Below, one piece after another: positions 11,090 to 25,000 of a DNA stretch of 64,000 nt. The translations under genes and the position numbers were made by a program. This stretch comes from Mytilus californianus (taxonomy: Eukaryota). The notes under the pieces were generated by a model that did no database searches, was not told the origin of the DNA, and was given only the letters and a program-made list of their open reading frames with translations. Location of the stretch: NCBI RefSeq assembly GCF_021869535.1, contig NW_026262668.1, positions 18,104,001-18,168,000 of the forward strand, read 5' to 3'. The stretch's first letter is position 1, and every line of letters begins with the position of its first letter.

Positions 11090-13175
11090 TAAAAATAAGG
11101 AGATGTGGTATGATTGCCAATGAGACAATATCAACCAAAGTTCAAATGAAGTGGATGTAAGCAATTATAGGCAACCGTACGGCATTCAACAATGAGAAAA
11201 ACCCATTCCGTATGGTCGGCTATAAAAGGCCCCGACAAGAAAAATATGAAACAATTCAATTGAGAAAAACAACGGTATGTCCAGTGCACGATGTAGTGAC
11301 GATATCGCCGATATTGTCAACTTCGTTCATGATTTTATACCTGCTCGCAACATTGTCTACATCGTCCCCTTTCCTGTCTACATCGTTGACATCGCCGACA
11401 TCGTGATGTTGACAACATCGTGACGACATCGTCTACATCGTTGACATCGCCGACATCGTGATGTTGACAACATCGTGACGACATCGTCTACATCGTTGAC
11501 ATCGCCGACATCGTGATGTTGACAACATCGTGACGACATCGTCTACATCGTCCCCCTTTCCTGTCTACATCGTTGACATCGCCGACATTGTGATGTTGAC
11601 AACATCGTGACTACATCGTCTACATCGGTTTTCTTGCTGTCTACATCGTTGACATCGCCGATATCGCGATGTTGACAACATCGTGACGACATTGTCTACA
11701 TCGTCCCCCTTCTCTGTCAACATCGTTGACATTGCCGACATCGCGAAGTTGACAACATTGTTACAACATCGTCTACATCGTCCTACTTGCTGTCTACATT
11801 GTTGACAACGCCGATATTACTGTGTTAGTTATACGATACACTCAGTATATGTTTCATAATTGGCATTGTACGACTTCGTATTTTGTCTTTTAGTTTATGA
11901 AACTATAACTCTAGACCCATTTTAATGGAAGAGGAATGCCGGAATAAAGTCTAAATTGGCAATTTCGAGGACTGATCTTTTCTAAATGTATCCTTAGCTA
12001 GCTTTCATAACTGCGAGCTATCTTTTTTAAAAAGCCTTTTTTGTATTTTATGTTTAATTGTCATGTGGCGTTTCCTTTTTGGGTTGGATACATTAAGGAT
12101 GTATTTTTACTGTGGGTACTTTTTCTATTTTTCCTTTTCATCTCTGACCAGGTAGAGGGGGACGGTTCGAATCCAACAAAACTCAGTTAAACTCCACCGC
12201 ATTTATATGCGCCTGTGCTAAGTCAGGAGTGTTTTGGTCATTGATGTGTCATTGTCTTATTAAACCTTTTAGTTTTAAATTAGATACTTGGATATTTGCT
12301 GTGCTCTTGGGTTTGATTCTTCTTGTTTTGTTTGGGGCCATCCAGATCTGGCTGCCTGTAAGTGGGAAGTTCCTTCTCCATTGGTGTCTACTTGATAATC
12401 ATGACATGTCATAGATCATGCATGACAAGTTTCAAAAAGTTTGCTTATTCAAAAAGTTTACAGATGACATACAACGGAAACATAGTGATACAAAAGCTCT
12501 GATTGCCCTTCATGGCCAAATGAATTAAAAATACCTTTAATAAAATTACATCGTTTAATCATGGATTACTATTTCTCCTTATTAATGATTACAATCAATA
12601 ATATAATATTAACAATTAACAATGTAAACACGAGTAATGTGTTAGCGATATCGGCAATGTCAACGATGTAGACAAGAGTATGAAACGATATCGACAACGT
12701 TGTACAATATCGTGTCAACATTGTCTACCTCGCGATATCGTCAATGTCAACGATGTAGACAGGAGTATGAAACGATATCGACAACGTTGTACAACATCGT
12801 GTCGACATTGTCTACTTCGCGATATCGTCAATGTCAACGATGTAGACAAGAGTATGAAACGATATCGACAACGTTGTACAATATCGTGTCGACATTGTCT
12901 ACTTCGCGATATCGTCAATGTCAACGATGTAGACAAAAGTATGAAACGATATCGACAACGTTGTACAATATTGTGTCGACATTGTCTACTTTGCGATGTC
13001 GACAATATCGGTACTACTTTGTACACTGGACATGAATGCAAATTTATAACAAAACAAATTTACGAAAAAACAAATATGACAGACATGAACAAACGACAAC
13101 CACTGAACTACAGGCTCCTGACTTGGGACAGGCACATAAAGAATGTGGCGGGGTTAAACATGTTTGTGAGCGCTC
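11090..13175 (-). repeat. PLE-tail-derived dispersed repeat split in two (11090-11276 and 13034-13175) by a TIR element
   Basis: The two pieces are colinear with the reverse complement of 57120-57432 and resume exactly across the insertion. Confidence 0.75.
11277..13033. mobile_element. 1.76-kb non-autonomous TIR (foldback-like) element with two internal satellite arrays
   Basis: ATGTCCAGTG at 11277 and CACTGGACAT at 13024-13033, plus longer degenerate inverted ends; arrays of 55/76-77-bp units (~11340-11815) and 87-bp units (~12640-13005). Confidence 0.7.
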
Positions 13176-13469
13176 AACCCAGCCCGTTTGGCAAGCCGTT
13201 GTACTATTTATTTTAACTTCAAGATATCTCGGGCAGATCCAGGATTTTAGGTTAGGTGGGCGCAAATTGAAATTTTCGAGGTAAAATTATCGAAATATTT
13301 ATTTAGAGTGGGTGCACTGTAGATATCTCGCCAAGCCAAGCGTGGCGAGAAATATTTTGTGGTAAAATTAGCGAGAAATTAAAGTTTCAAGCTAAAACCG
13401 CCTAAATCCACCCCTGACAACAATCTAAAATCACCACAATAATCAACATACAATCTAGTACATACACCT

Positions 13470-13773
13470 TATAAAATTGAAAATGGAAATGGGGAATGTG
13501 TCAAAGAGACAACAATCCGACCATAGAGCAGACAACAGCCGAAGGCCACCAATGGGTCTTCAATGCAGCGAGAAACTCCCGCACCCGGAAGCGTCCTTCA
13601 GCTGACCCCTAAACAAATATGTATACTAGTTCAGTGATAATGGACGTCATACTAAACTCCAAATTTTACACAGGAAACTAAAATTAAAAATGATACAAGA
13701 CTAACAAAGGCCAGAGGCTCCTGACTTGGGACAGGCGCAAAAATGCGGCGGGGTTAAACATGTTTTTTGAGAT
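13470..13773 (+). repeat. Dispersed ~300-bp repeat (partner of 1077-1379)
   Basis: Near-identical reverse complement of 1077-1379. Confidence 0.85.
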
Positions 13774-14216
13774 GCATGCAATACAAAGTATATATTAGTT
13801 AGGACGAGAGAAATGTGAAGAGTTAACAGATAGACGGGCGAACCGACGGACACAAAGTGAGATGAGACATATGACAATAGCTCACCTGACCAATATTAGA
13901 TTTTGCAAACGAACTTGAATTTCTACTTTTACCAGCGATTTTTAATTGTCTTTTCATAACATCTGTTTTTAATTTTAGGGGGGACGCACGCCCACCACGC
14001 CCCGCCTAAATCCGCCCCTGGATATCTTCTAAAGTTTATAAGATATCTTATTAAAAAAATTTATATGAGATGATATCTTATAATTTATATAAGATATCTT
14101 ATCAATTATATGATTTTATATAGTATATGAGATAAACTATATTTTTCATCAACCCATTTGTGAAATCAAATATCGACATTTTCAAATGAAAATTTGATAT
14201 TTGATTTTATATTTAT

Positions 14217-14700
14217 TAAAGTTGCATTAGCTGTCAAATTCATGTTCACCGATTTGACTCAAATTCTCATATTTGATTTATAACATACCAAAACGTATAT
14301 CTAAATTACAAAAAGTCTAAAATAAACAATTAACAATGCATGGACTCGATAATTTGTATCAATATATCGCGTGTATTTTTGTCTAGACTTCATCTAATTA
14401 ACCATCGAGATGATCTCCGAAAACTGCCGACGGACATATAACCCGATATAAACATAAATATAAATATAAATAGATAGCAACCACGTGCAATTGGATTTTC
14501 CTAGGTCTGTTTGATTTCATATTGTAGGTTAAAAAAAAGTATGTTTATCATCGATTTTACCTATATAAGAATGATTTTTTGGTGGATCGAATGAGTCAAC
14601 CAAATGGTTCATCCTTGTGTCACTTTCATTGTTGATATTCGTTTCCCTTTAATAGCTGAATACATGCGTTACCCATCTCCAGCAAAGGGGTTACGAAATA
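14217..14700 (-). mobile_element. Partial copy of the TTAA-flanked MITE at 26724-27312
   Basis: TTAA|AGTTGCATTAGCTGTCAAATTCATGTTCACC... is the reverse complement of the 27300 end of that element. Confidence 0.7.
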
Positions 14701-15929
14701 TACGAAAGTTTTATTTTATTCGGTTCACATATAACAGTTCAAACATAAGCACTTGAGAGCTTTTTACCAAATATTTTAGTGACATATACATAACATTAAA
14801 ACACAGAACATGCAGATAAGACATATAAGCAACAACTATTCCAATGCATAGATACAGCACAGGCATATTGAAGTACATGTAAAGCACTACTAAATTACAC
14901 ATCTAAACATGCCAAAACTGAAGCATAACTAAAATTGAAGCACAACTAAAATTTAAGCACAACTAAAATTAAGAGCAAAAAATAATTTTAAGAGCAAAAA
15001 ATAATTTAAAGCACAAATAAAAATTAAAAAAAAACACATGCAAAATTTAAAGCATAATGCAAACATTTAGAGCAATCGCTAAAAATGATATATGAAAAGC
15101 TTATCTACATGCAGAACAACGGCATTCCAGTCCATTCCAGGACTGTATAAGGCTCTTGAATTGTGAAAAATTATTTTCAGTCCTGGAATGGTCAGGTAGA
15201 GTAGCAGCTGCATATCTAAAACTTTTCTTTCCAAACTATGCTTTTACATGTGGAATATCTAGTATATTGCTATATCTGAGAGAATATTTACAATCTTTTA
15301 CATTTAAGAGATTATGCAAACTGACAGGTACTAATTTATTAACTATTTTAAAAGGATCAATGTCTTTGAATATGCAGTGAAGGCATCTTAGCCTTTTCAA
15401 GCAACTGTTTAAAGCTTGGTTGGTCTTCATACACAAACCTTAGTGCTCTTTCTTGCGCTTTTTCTATTTTTTGAATTTTCTCAGTACAAAAATGCCATGC
15501 CAAAAGGCAGAAATTGAAATTGCTAAAAATAAATGTATCATGAATATAGTACGCTTACTTACCTTGTGAATAAGTTCCCAAAAGTTTCAAAATATTAAGT
15601 TGCTGAGATGCCTTCCTGGTTAAATTAAAGGTCACATGAATACAGATTCAACGAGGTCGAATTATTCATTAATGATTGAATAAAACAAATCATATTTTTT
15701 TTATATCTCGAAGCTAATGCCCGTTTAATTAGATTATTTGATCTAAATTTGAAGTCAATCCTTTAAGAAGTAAACAAAGTTATTTTTTTCGATCGATTTG
15801 AAGTCATTTATTTGTATATTTTGTTATCAGCCTGTGAAGAGAGAAAGCTAATGCAGGTCACCTGGAAGAAGAAGAGGAATACAGGGCATTGGTCATGACA
15901 TAGCGAAAGTCAATGTGTCATGACATTTG

Positions 15930-16029
15930 TCAGGGCATTAGTGTAACCCGGATTCCGGGAAGGTTTCCGCTATCTAGATATCAATTTGTACCGGAAGTCT
16001 CACAAATTGGCAATTCGGCATTTCGAATC
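15930..16029 (+). promoter_or_regulatory. Probable TFIIB core promoter / 5' UTR with an ETS-type motif
   Basis: Locally GC/CpG-richer; CCGGAAGT at 15991-15998, about 30 nt upstream of the ATG; no obvious TATA box. Confidence 0.45.
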
Positions 16030-16049
16030 ATGGCATCAACAAGCAGAGG
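16030..16049 (+). CDS. GTF2B: TFIIB exon 1 (MASTSRG)
   Basis: ATG at 16030, GTAAG donor at 16050, phase 2. Confidence 0.9.
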
Positions 16050-19000
16050 GTAAGAAACATAGTGTGTACGACAATAACTACCAACACACCAGTTCTAGAA
16101 GAGAGACTCTCTCTTTTTTCCTATAAGAATTGAAATACCCCCCTTTGGACCTGTCACCAACGAGGGAGGTCTAAATTACCATATTTTCACCCCCCTCCCC
16201 CTTAAGGACTTATTTAAATTTGAGTTGTTTTTGAAAATTCAACCTAAAGTCTGTCAATAAGACAACCAGGACTGTCTTTTTACTTTCAACTTGGACCGTC
16301 TATAATGCAAACTCTAACAAAGTATAAACATAAGAGTTTGGGATATTTCAGGGCTGTCAGTGTCGAGTTTTCATGAAGCAAATGTGTGAGTTTTGGAAAA
16401 AAATTGAAAGATCAAAGAGAAAAAACTGCTTTTTATATTATAAAATATGATATTTAACAGAAATGTATCCTTTATATACCTTGCTGCAATGGCAAATGCA
16501 GTGCCGTGCAATAATTGATTTAATGTAAATTTAAATTTTTACTTCATCATGGTGCTTCGAATACAATCTTCATTAATTCATTAAACAAAATGGATTTATA
16601 CGTTAATTGAGAACCTTATTTATTATATTTGTTTCTTATAATCTAATTTCATTTTATCTACAGTCATAATAATTAAATTAAATTAGCTCGAAGTTGTCTT
16701 TTTTCAACATTTTTATATACAAATGGGCGTCAATACTCACCCTTTTAAGTTTATTCTTTGCCTTATAGACAGTCCAACTTCTCTTAAGGTAAAGTCTTTT
16801 TCGTCAATGACACTCATTAAATCATTTATATAGTCAAAACTCTCCTTTTATAATTTGTCTGAAATGGCAATTATAGACATAATTTGTCTGAAATGGCAAT
16901 TATAGACAGGCCAAGTCATCTTCAGGCAGAGTTGTCTCGCACCCAGATGTAAAAGGTTTATATCAGCAATGTCTTGGACTTCAAAAATCAGTGCTGATCA
17001 ACTTCTTTAAAAAGAGTTATGCCCTTGGAAGTAATAAGTTATACATGTATGCAGGGTTTTCACTAAGGACTTTTGAAGTGAGTCTGGTGACTTGTCATTT
17101 ATGGCCATGGCAAGTCCAACACAGAGAAAATAAATATATATCTGACAAATTAGAAAATCAGTGTCAGTCAACTATGTTTAAAAGGGTTATGCCCCTTGTA
17201 AATATTAATAAGGAAATTTTCTTTGGAAGCACTCTCAAGTCTACATTTCTTTTAAGATATTTCTGAATAGTTTTAAAGAATCAAATTATTGTTTAATTAT
17301 CTACATGTACAAACATGACAAAAATTGAGCGTTTCATCTTAATATTTAACCTCAATGTCTGCCTGAGATTCCAGTTGGATACCAATCTTAAAAATTATTC
17401 ATTTATTTGATAACATTTTGAATTATGGTCTAATTACCCTTACCATTTTTATTCAAAATTGCTGCTGCATTATCACCACATGAAACATACATTCTACATA
17501 GAATTTGAAAGTATTAAACACAATTGCTAACTTCTATGTTACAATGTAAGTATACTGTTAGTTATGCTACATGTACAGTAAGCTTTATACAAGATAGGAA
17601 AATATTTATTCAGAGCTCCAGATAAGCTGCGTACATGTATTTGCGTGATCACGCAATACAAATAATCAAAAACCCAATGAAATTGCCCATTGCAGGGTTC
17701 AAAAACCCAATTCATTCAAAGGAAAACCCAATTATATGCCAAAACCATGAGTTCTTAACGCTTTTATTCGCTATCGTTTGCGTTATTTACCCTTATCTGA
17801 TTACAGTCGTTGCATAAATCTATTTTTATAATATTTATAATTGGAAATGTCCTTTAGTTCTGAAAATAGAGCCCTGCATCAAGTAGCCGAAATGGGTCCC
17901 TGTTGGAATTTTCCGTTGCTCAAAAGGTACACGTGTTTATGGAAATATTTCGATCTTCTCGGCATTTATCCAATTAGCGTTTGTCTTGTTGTCATATTTT
18001 TTTAGAATTGCTCGGGATTTATCATAACATACATGTACAATGAATTAAAACAAAAGTAAATATCCGATAAAAATATAGAATAGAAGCATGTTTTCAGCTT
18101 CTTTTTGATACTTTAGGGAAAGTTATTATGATGATAACAAGACCCGTTTGCGTACCTTAACGAGAACATTGCTAGAACGATAAACACGGGGTTTTGTCAA
18201 GAACGAAATCAGTTGGAAAAAGTGAAAGGCCAAATCAATTATGACATGATATATGTAGTTGGAAAGCATCAGAAACCAAAAGTTCTAATCAGCTGGGACA
18301 ACTTAACCCAGATTTATGTAAATTAAATTAAACAAAAACATTCAAGTATAATTTTAGTTTATATATTATTTTTTTCATTTTAGTTGATGAGTGAATACAC
18401 ATATCCGTTTTTTACGTCAGTGCATCTTGACACTTTCTTTGATTTGGTCTTATTGTTCTGTATGCTTATGATAGTTGTCTTATTGGCAAGTGCAGTTTAA
18501 CATTGTCATTTATTTATTTGATGTTACAGAATTATTTGTAAATTTAACTCTGTAAATTTAAGTTGAATGTGGTCTCCGTCATTAAACCTATAAACCTATA
18601 AACCTGGTCAAGGTTTTGGGGTATATCTTAAATCTGGGAGCTACTTATTATTTTTATTAAAAAGTAGATCTGGTAAATAGGTGAAAGGACTGGCAAAACT
18701 TTCTTACAGCACCTAAATTTCACATTTATTACATAAAAATCGAAACACTTAGCCACGCCTACCCCAACTAAACTGTAAGGTGATCATATGGAATCTAGAA
18801 AGGTAATTAGTAACTGTCCAACTAGTGACACCAGCTGCAGTTTATATAAGTAGTGAGAAAATACAAAACTGGCAGAACGTTTAAAATCGGACACAAATTA
18901 AACGTACAATTGCTCGTCAGTGAATAAACCAAATAAAACAGCTAGCATATATACAAAGAAAGAAACACATTTAAGATGGAAAAACATCTGCATGGGGTTG

Positions 19001-22000
19001 ATATAATGTGATTATAAAATGCCTAAACATTCAATATTGTGTTGATGAAAAAACCCAATACATTAAGGAGCTTGGTGGTGAAAAACCCAATTTGATATTT
19101 GCTTGAGGGGTGAATTGGAATTGATAATGCAATTTAAAAACTTTATCACCCAATTACATAAAAAAATGGTGAGTAAAAACCCCAATTTGTGAATTCTTAT
19201 CTGGAGCTCTGATTTATTGTATATTTTTCAGACCAAAGACAAAACAGATATGCTGTCCAGAACATCCTTATGCTAACTTAATAGAAGATTACCATGCTGG
19301 AGACATGATCTGTCCTGAATGTGGACTTGTGGTTGGAGATCGGTAAAGTTACTGATTGTTGTAATTATTATTTAGATCTGTCTGTTTTTCCTTCACACTT
19401 TTTCATTGGAATTTCCACAGCAACTACAAATAACAGGTTCTTAATGATTGAATAAATATTTGTGTTTAATGTTACTTTCATTACAGTCTTGTCTATAGTG
19501 TATCATGGTTTTTGTCGGTGCAAGAAGTCTAAGTACCATTGGAGAACCTTCAGTATTTGCAATCCTAGTCAATTAAGATTGGACAAATTTTGCCAATAGC
19601 AGGGTTGGAACTCTCAACCTACATGCATTTGTTGACTGGCTAAAGACAAATATACACATCAAACATTTGTAAATCAAATATTACTTCAAGAAGAGGAAAA
19701 TTATATTTACAAAATGTGAGATCAGTTCAATTTAATTCTGTTTTGTTGTGAGGTTCAGAAGTCGCAAAGACTTAATTGATATTAGTTAATTTAGTATAAC
19801 ATATTATAAATGTTTGTTGACAGTGTTGTAGATGTTGGGACAGAATGGAGAACTTTTAGTAATGAAAAAAGTACCGGTAACAAGGATCCATCTCGTGTTG
19901 GAGCTGCAGAGGTAAGATTCTAAAAAAATAAACAAACATAATAGAATATGATGTAGATTAAATAGCATTAGATATACATAAATTGATAATTGATAATAAA
20001 TTGTCAATGAGACAGTAACATAACAACACACAATAAACCCAACAGACATCTAATGGTCATCATACAGACTAAAAACACACAATAAACCCAACAGACATCT
20101 AATGGTCAATTCACAGACTAACAACACACAATAAACCCAACAGACATCTAATGGTCAACAAACCAACTAACAACACACAATAAACCCAACAGACATCTAA
20201 TGGTCAACACACAGACTAAAAACACACAATAAACCCAACAGACATCTAATGGTCATCATACAGACTAACAACGCACAATAAACCCAACAGACATCTAATG
20301 GTCATCATACAGACTAAAAACACACAATAAACCCAACAGACATCTAATGGTCATCATACAGACTAAAAACACACAATAAACCCAACAGACATATAATGGT
20401 CAACACACCAACTAACAACACACAATAAACCCAACAGACATCTAATGGTCATCATACAGACTAACAACACACAATAAACCCAACAGACATCTAATGGTCA
20501 ACACACCAACTAACAACACACAATAAACCCAACAGACATCTAATGGTCATCATACAGACTAACAACACACAATAAACCCAACGATCTAATGGTCATCATA
20601 CAGACTAACAACAACAGACATCTAATGGTCATCATACAGACCAAAATTGTCAATTGACCCCTTAAGGAGTTATTGCCCTTTAAGGACAATTTTACACAAT
20701 TTGTTTATCATGTTTTCTAACTTTAAAAATCTTCTCCTCTGAAACTACTGAACCAAATTAAACCAAACTTGAGTTTAATGATTCTTAGGTTATCTAGAAT
20801 AAAGTTTGTGTTATATTTTCTGTTTCCTCAGAAAACATGGCTGCCATGGCTAAAAATAGAACATAGGGTAAAATGCAGTTTTTGACTTATATCTCAAAAA
20901 CTAAAGCATTTAGAGCAAATCAGACAAGAAGTTAAAGTATTCATTAGGTCAAGGTCTATCTGGCCTGAAATTATCAGCCAAATCTGTATCTGATTTTCTG
21001 GTTATTGCCCCTGAATTGATGATTTTAAGGAAATTTTGCAGTTTTCGGTTACAATGTATTATCTTGAATATTATTATAGATAAAGATAAACTGTAAACAG
21101 CATAAAAGTTCAGCAAAGTAAAATCTACAAATAAGTTTCATGACCAAAATTGTAAATTGACCCCTTAAGGAGTTATTGTCCTTTATAGACAATTTTTCAC
21201 AATTTGTTCATCTAGTTTGCTTACTTTATAACATCTTCTCCTTTGAAACTGCTGATTTTTAATTCTTATGGTTTTAGTAAATCCAAAGGTATAAGGATTT
21301 GTTCTCATAATGTTAATAGGATTGAAAGTAAATATGAAGAAATTAAACATAACCTTATGTTTTCTGATAACCAACCTGATGTATTAGGATTGTGTGAAAC
21401 ATTTTTAACAAAACACACTACTGATAATGAATTACAAGTACCTGGTTATGTATTTGAAAGAAAGGACAGAACATCACAAGGCGGGGGTGGTCTGATTGTT
21501 TATTTTTCTGAAACAATTAAATTTTTAAGAAAAAACAACATCGAAATAGGGGGTATTGAAACAATGTGGGTTGAAATTAAACCAGATTACAAAAAATCCT
21601 TTTTATTATGTTTTGTGTATAGGCCACCAAAGTCACTGATAGATTGGGTTGATGATTTTGAAAAAGAAATAAGAGTGGCAATGACCATGAATTCAGATAT
21701 AACAATTATGGGTGATTTTAATTTTAATTTTAAAGCACCAAACAAACCTCCTCAAAAATGGCTGAATGTTTTAGAATCATACAATTTTCAACAACTGATT
21801 GTAGATGCCACAAGGGTAACAAAAGATTCTAGTACATTAATTGATCATATTTATGTCAATAATCCAAATATGGTACATGAATCACATGTGTGTAGATATG
21901 CAATTAGTGACCATTATCCTATCTGTTTAACAAGAAAAGAAGCAAATATAGGAAAAAAGAATACACACAGTACAATTACTTATAGAAATTTCAAAAATTT

Positions 22001-25000
22001 CAACCAAAATGAATTTTTATTAGATCTGCAAAATACACCTTTTCATAAAATTGAATTTGAAGAAAACCCCTCTGACTGTCTACAATTGTTTTATGATATG
22101 TTGAACAAAGCTTTAGATAAACATGCTCCTGTTGTTAAAAAGAGAGTTAAAAGGGACAGACAGCCTGAATGGTATAACAGTGAAATCATTTAGCTAGGAA
22201 TATGAGAGATAAATATAATGCACTTGGTTTATGGAGTGAGTATAGATTTTGGAGAAATAAAACTAAACATATCATAGATAGCTCAAAAAAGAATTATTAT
22301 AAAAATATGGTAAAAGACTCCAATGACCCTAAAACTTTATGGAAATGTCTTCACAGTCTGAACCCAAAAGTTAAAAATACACCATATGAGTTAGCCACAG
22401 AAGATAACAATACAACTAAAAGTAAAAAATCAATAGCAGAAACTTTTAATAACTTTTTCACTTCCTGTGCTGAAAAATTAAGAGAACAAGGAAGTTATAC
22501 ACCTGTAAACAAAGCAGATTTCAGTAATCTTGGTAAATTTGTTAAAAATAAATTACATAAACATGATAAATTTTCTATGGATAATATAGGACCAAAAATT
22601 CTAAGATTAAGCGCCCCTGTTATTGCATCACCTCTCACATACATATTTAACCGAATGATAGATACTGGTATATATCCTTCTTTACTGAAGAATGCTAAGG
22701 TAACACCAGTTTTCAAGGATGGTGACAAGCTTTTAGCAACAAATTACAGACCTATATCTGTTCTTCCAACTTTATCAAAATTAATAGAAAGGCATGTTTC
22801 TAATAACATGTACAAATACTTATCTAAACTTAAACTTTTACACCCTACACAATCTGGTTTCAGGCCGCAGCATTCTTGTCAAACTGCACTTATTAATATC
22901 ATTGACAAATGGTTGCAAGAAATGAATGATGGTAATTTAAACCTAGCAATTTTATTAGATTTTAAAAAAGCTTTTGATTTGGTAGATCATGACATTCTTT
23001 GCTTAAAGCTTGAAATTTATGGATTTAGTGAGGCTACTGTTAGTTTTTTCAAGTCATACCTGAATAACAGAAAACAGCAGGTAAACATTTGTAATGTTTA
23101 CTCTGAACAACAACATGTAAAATTTGGTGTACCCCAAGGTTCTATACTTGGTCCTCTATTGTTTGTGCTATTTATAAACGACCTTCCCTTATGCATTGAA
23201 AATTGTGAAACAGACCTATATGCTGATGACACCACTCTTCATAAATCAGGGAAAAACATAGAAAATATACATGATGATGTTCAAGAAGATTTATACAGGG
23301 TTGAAGAGTGGTGCAAAATGAATAACATGTTCATTGATGCAAACAAAACAAAATGTTTGGTTACTGGAACAAAGCAGAAACTATCAATTCAGACTTATCA
23401 ACCAAACTTGATAATAAATTCAAAAGTATTACAAAATTCTTCATGTGAAAAATTATTAGGTGTTAAAATTGACAGCACACTTAGCTGGAGAAATCAAATT
23501 GACCAAGTTTGTGCTAATATATCATCCAGAATATACCTTCTTTCTAAAATAAAGAAATTTTTAGATATAAATGCAAGGAAAACATATTACAATGGGTATA
23601 TTCTGCCCCTGATTGACTACTGCTGTATTATTTGGGGTGAATGTAAAAATGAAGGGATAACAAGAATTTTAAAACTCCAAAAAAGGGCAGCAAGATTAAT
23701 TCTAGATGCAGATCCTTTATCCCCCTCAGCCCCCTTATTTACAGAACTTGGGTGGATGACAGTTGACAATAGAATCAAATACCACAAATATTTACTTCTA
23801 TATAAATGTATGCGTATGGAAGCTCCAATGTACCTAGTTCAAAAGTTTAAACTGAAATCAGATAATAATCCTTAATCCTTGAGAGGTGTCACTCAAGGTA
23901 ATCTGATAGTTCCTAAGCCAAAAGCTGAGCTATTTAAGAAATCTTTTGTTTATTCTGGATCAGTGTTATGGAATGGACTACCACACAAAATGCGTAAAGC
24001 TCAAAACACTTATACTTTTAAACAAAGTATCAAGAAGTACTTAACACAGTCCTGATAAGATTATGTTTTCTACAATGTATTTGTATATTCTTTTATTTTT
24101 ATTTTTATTTGATTTTTTGACTACATGTGCATCTTGAACAGCTTTATATCTTATCATGTTAGTAATATTACATTGAACTAATTGACTGTAAATTAACTAT
24201 GTGTAAATATCTGTTTTTGATTGTATTGTAATTTGTATGTGAGGGCCTCAGGGAAGATTAGTTTATTGTAACTAACTGAGTTTACCCTCTTTAAGTAAAG
24301 AATTTATTATTATTATTACAATGTATTATTATATAATCAATTTCAGCCAAACTTGGGCTGATATGATTTTCAGAGTATCTAGTATAAATTTTGTATTTTA
24401 TTTTCTTGTACGTCAAGAAACATAGCCACTATGGCTAAAATGGAACATAAGGGTAAAATGCATTTTTTTGCTTTTGAAGAAAATATGACAGATACAAAAA
24501 ACATTTAAATGGCATTTTTAAGCCACTCATTATTTTTTTAAATTTTTTTATAAATGTTTTATTCCTAAATATTTCCTGTATACAATTACCTTAGTCGTCC
24601 AGGAACAGGCTAAGGGTCCCTGTTTACAAAATGAACCATCTATCCAGGGGTAATAGAAGGCAATAAAAATGTAGTCCACTTTTTACCTTGTATTTAAATT
24701 AGTGTCAAAAATATATCCATATAATGTTAGAAGCATCTAACAGTTCTATACCTTAATTTCAAAATAGTAAGTAAATAATAAGATACCCACACAAAAGATG
24801 TGCATTTACTACAATAAACATGATAGGCTAACACTTTTTTATCATTTCGATATTCTTATACAATAAACCATAAAAAAATGTACTTTGACTCAAGCTTATA
24901 CTGTCTAAATTTTCGTTATCACCGACTCCAATTTTGTCTTATCAATGATGTCAATGCCTTTCAATAGAAGAACAATTTTTAGATTATTTTTCAAGTTATG

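Noticed and set aside
12164-12174. GGTTCGAATCC, a tRNA B-box
   Set aside because: No A-box or cloverleaf; the homologous position in another copy reads GGTTGAGATCTC, so it is likely a chance variant.
12680-13216. 178-aa Cys/Arg-rich repetitive ORF and overlapping ORFs
   Set aside because: Product of the 87-bp (29-codon) tandem repeat running into a dispersed repeat; open in several frames, no splice or domain support.
21243-21255. Start of the 316-aa ORF as the true LINE ORF start
   Set aside because: The first codons come from the host repeat (TTG start); the LINE is 5'-truncated at about 21256.
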